DNA of 64,000 nt from Vulcanimicrobiota bacterium (GTDB lineage Bacteria; Vulcanimicrobiota; Xenobia; Xenobiales; JADMJV01): NCBI GenBank assembly GCA_017307785.1, contig JAFKGI010000012.1, forward strand, positions 64,001-128,000, read 5' to 3'. Below are positions 63,694-64,000 of the stretch, piece by piece. The notes below the pieces were generated by a model. The model saw only the letters and a list, made by a program, of their open reading frames with translations, was not told where the DNA came from and searched no databases. Positions within the stretch are counted from its first letter, which is position 1; every line of letters starts with the position of its first letter. The position numbers and the translations under genes are program-made.

Positions 63694-64000
63694 TTAAGCG
63701 GCGGTTTTGGCTTTTTCCTTGGCGGCAGCGGCTTCGCGACCCATTTGCAGGGCGCGCTTGACGGCGGCGGCAGGGTCGACCAGGCCGGCTCCACCCAGAA
63801 TGCCCGGGGTGTCTTTCATTCCCTCGGCGGTTTCGATCATGACCTGCTTGACCTGAGCCGGGGTCAGATCCGGGTTGGCCTGCATCACCAGAGCAGCGCA
63901 ACCAGCCGTGGTGGGCGTGGCCATGCTGGTGCCGGACAGCAGGCAGTAGTAAGGCGGAAGCTTGGTGACGTCGGCGTCCTGCAACTCGGAGTGGGGAGCC
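63694..64000 (-). CDS. S8 subtilisin-like peptidase, C-terminal fragment (gene runs off the window)
   Basis: Catalytic Ser block GTSMATPTTAGCAALV and the downstream subtilase tail; TAA stop at 63696-63694. Confidence 0.7.
   Translation of the reverse strand, partial: APHSELQDADVTKLPPYYCLLSGTSMATPTTAGCAALVMQANPDLTPAQVKQVMIETAEGMKDTPGILGGAGLVDPAAAVKRALQMGREAAAAKEKAKTAA

Noticed and set aside
1-64000. Search for CRISPR arrays, tRNA/rRNA genes, transposases, integrases and phage structural genes.
   Set aside because: No regularly spaced direct repeats, no T-loop/anticodon-arm-like sequences in intergenic regions, and no transposase, integrase or phage-like ORFs were found. The accessory character of some blocks is therefore inferred only from gene content.

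Overview
The window is a GC-rich (about 63-65%) bacterial chromosomal segment, probably from a diderm organism: it carries outer-membrane beta-barrel proteins, a type II secretion/type IV pilus-like (T2SS/T4P-like) module and many signal-peptide proteins. GTG and TTG start codons are common. I found no rRNA, tRNA or CRISPR array, and no transposase or integrase. Overlapping start/stop codons suggest many translationally coupled operons. Recognisable genes, with coordinates in the features list, include a FAD-dependent monooxygenase, a UshA-like 5'-nucleotidase, a TPR protein, two paralogous ~1300-aa SNF2-family helicases, GspF/pseudopilins/PilM/GspE with an Hpt protein and receiver, a Ser/Thr kinase fused to a GyrI-like domain, a BNR-repeat protein, a B-type lectin, an OmpR/sensor-kinase two-component system, SanA, DUF72, YbdK, a NucA-like nuclease, a GH31 glycosidase, a frameshifted S8 peptidase, a GNAT acetyltransferase, Kup, a dual-specificity phosphatase, a dienelactone hydrolase, TspO and a SAM methyltransferase.

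The candidates most worth follow-up are:
- A precursor-less DUF692 (multinuclear non-haem iron oxidase, MNIO) / DUF2063 pair that is translationally coupled to the 5'-nucleotidase (2994-6242).
- The tandem SNF2 helicases, one carrying four TerB-like repeats, flanking a small secreted protein and a possible Cys/His-peptidase-like protein (12125-21780).
- An operon of a DUF1152-like protein, a sirtuin-like domain fused to a GGDEF-like domain (both with degenerate signature motifs), TspO and a zinc-ribbon methyltransferase (59891-63617).

Lower-priority candidates are a Pro-rich zinc-ribbon protein with a duplicated GFPGFV motif, a hexapeptide-repeat protein plus a sphingomyelin-synthase-like PAP2_C protein downstream of the two-component system, a 47-codon ORF overlapping the DUF72 start, a leaderless nuclease, and a TGTCA/TGACA operator-like array.

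All family assignments are read by eye from motifs in the six-frame track. None has been checked against a database.
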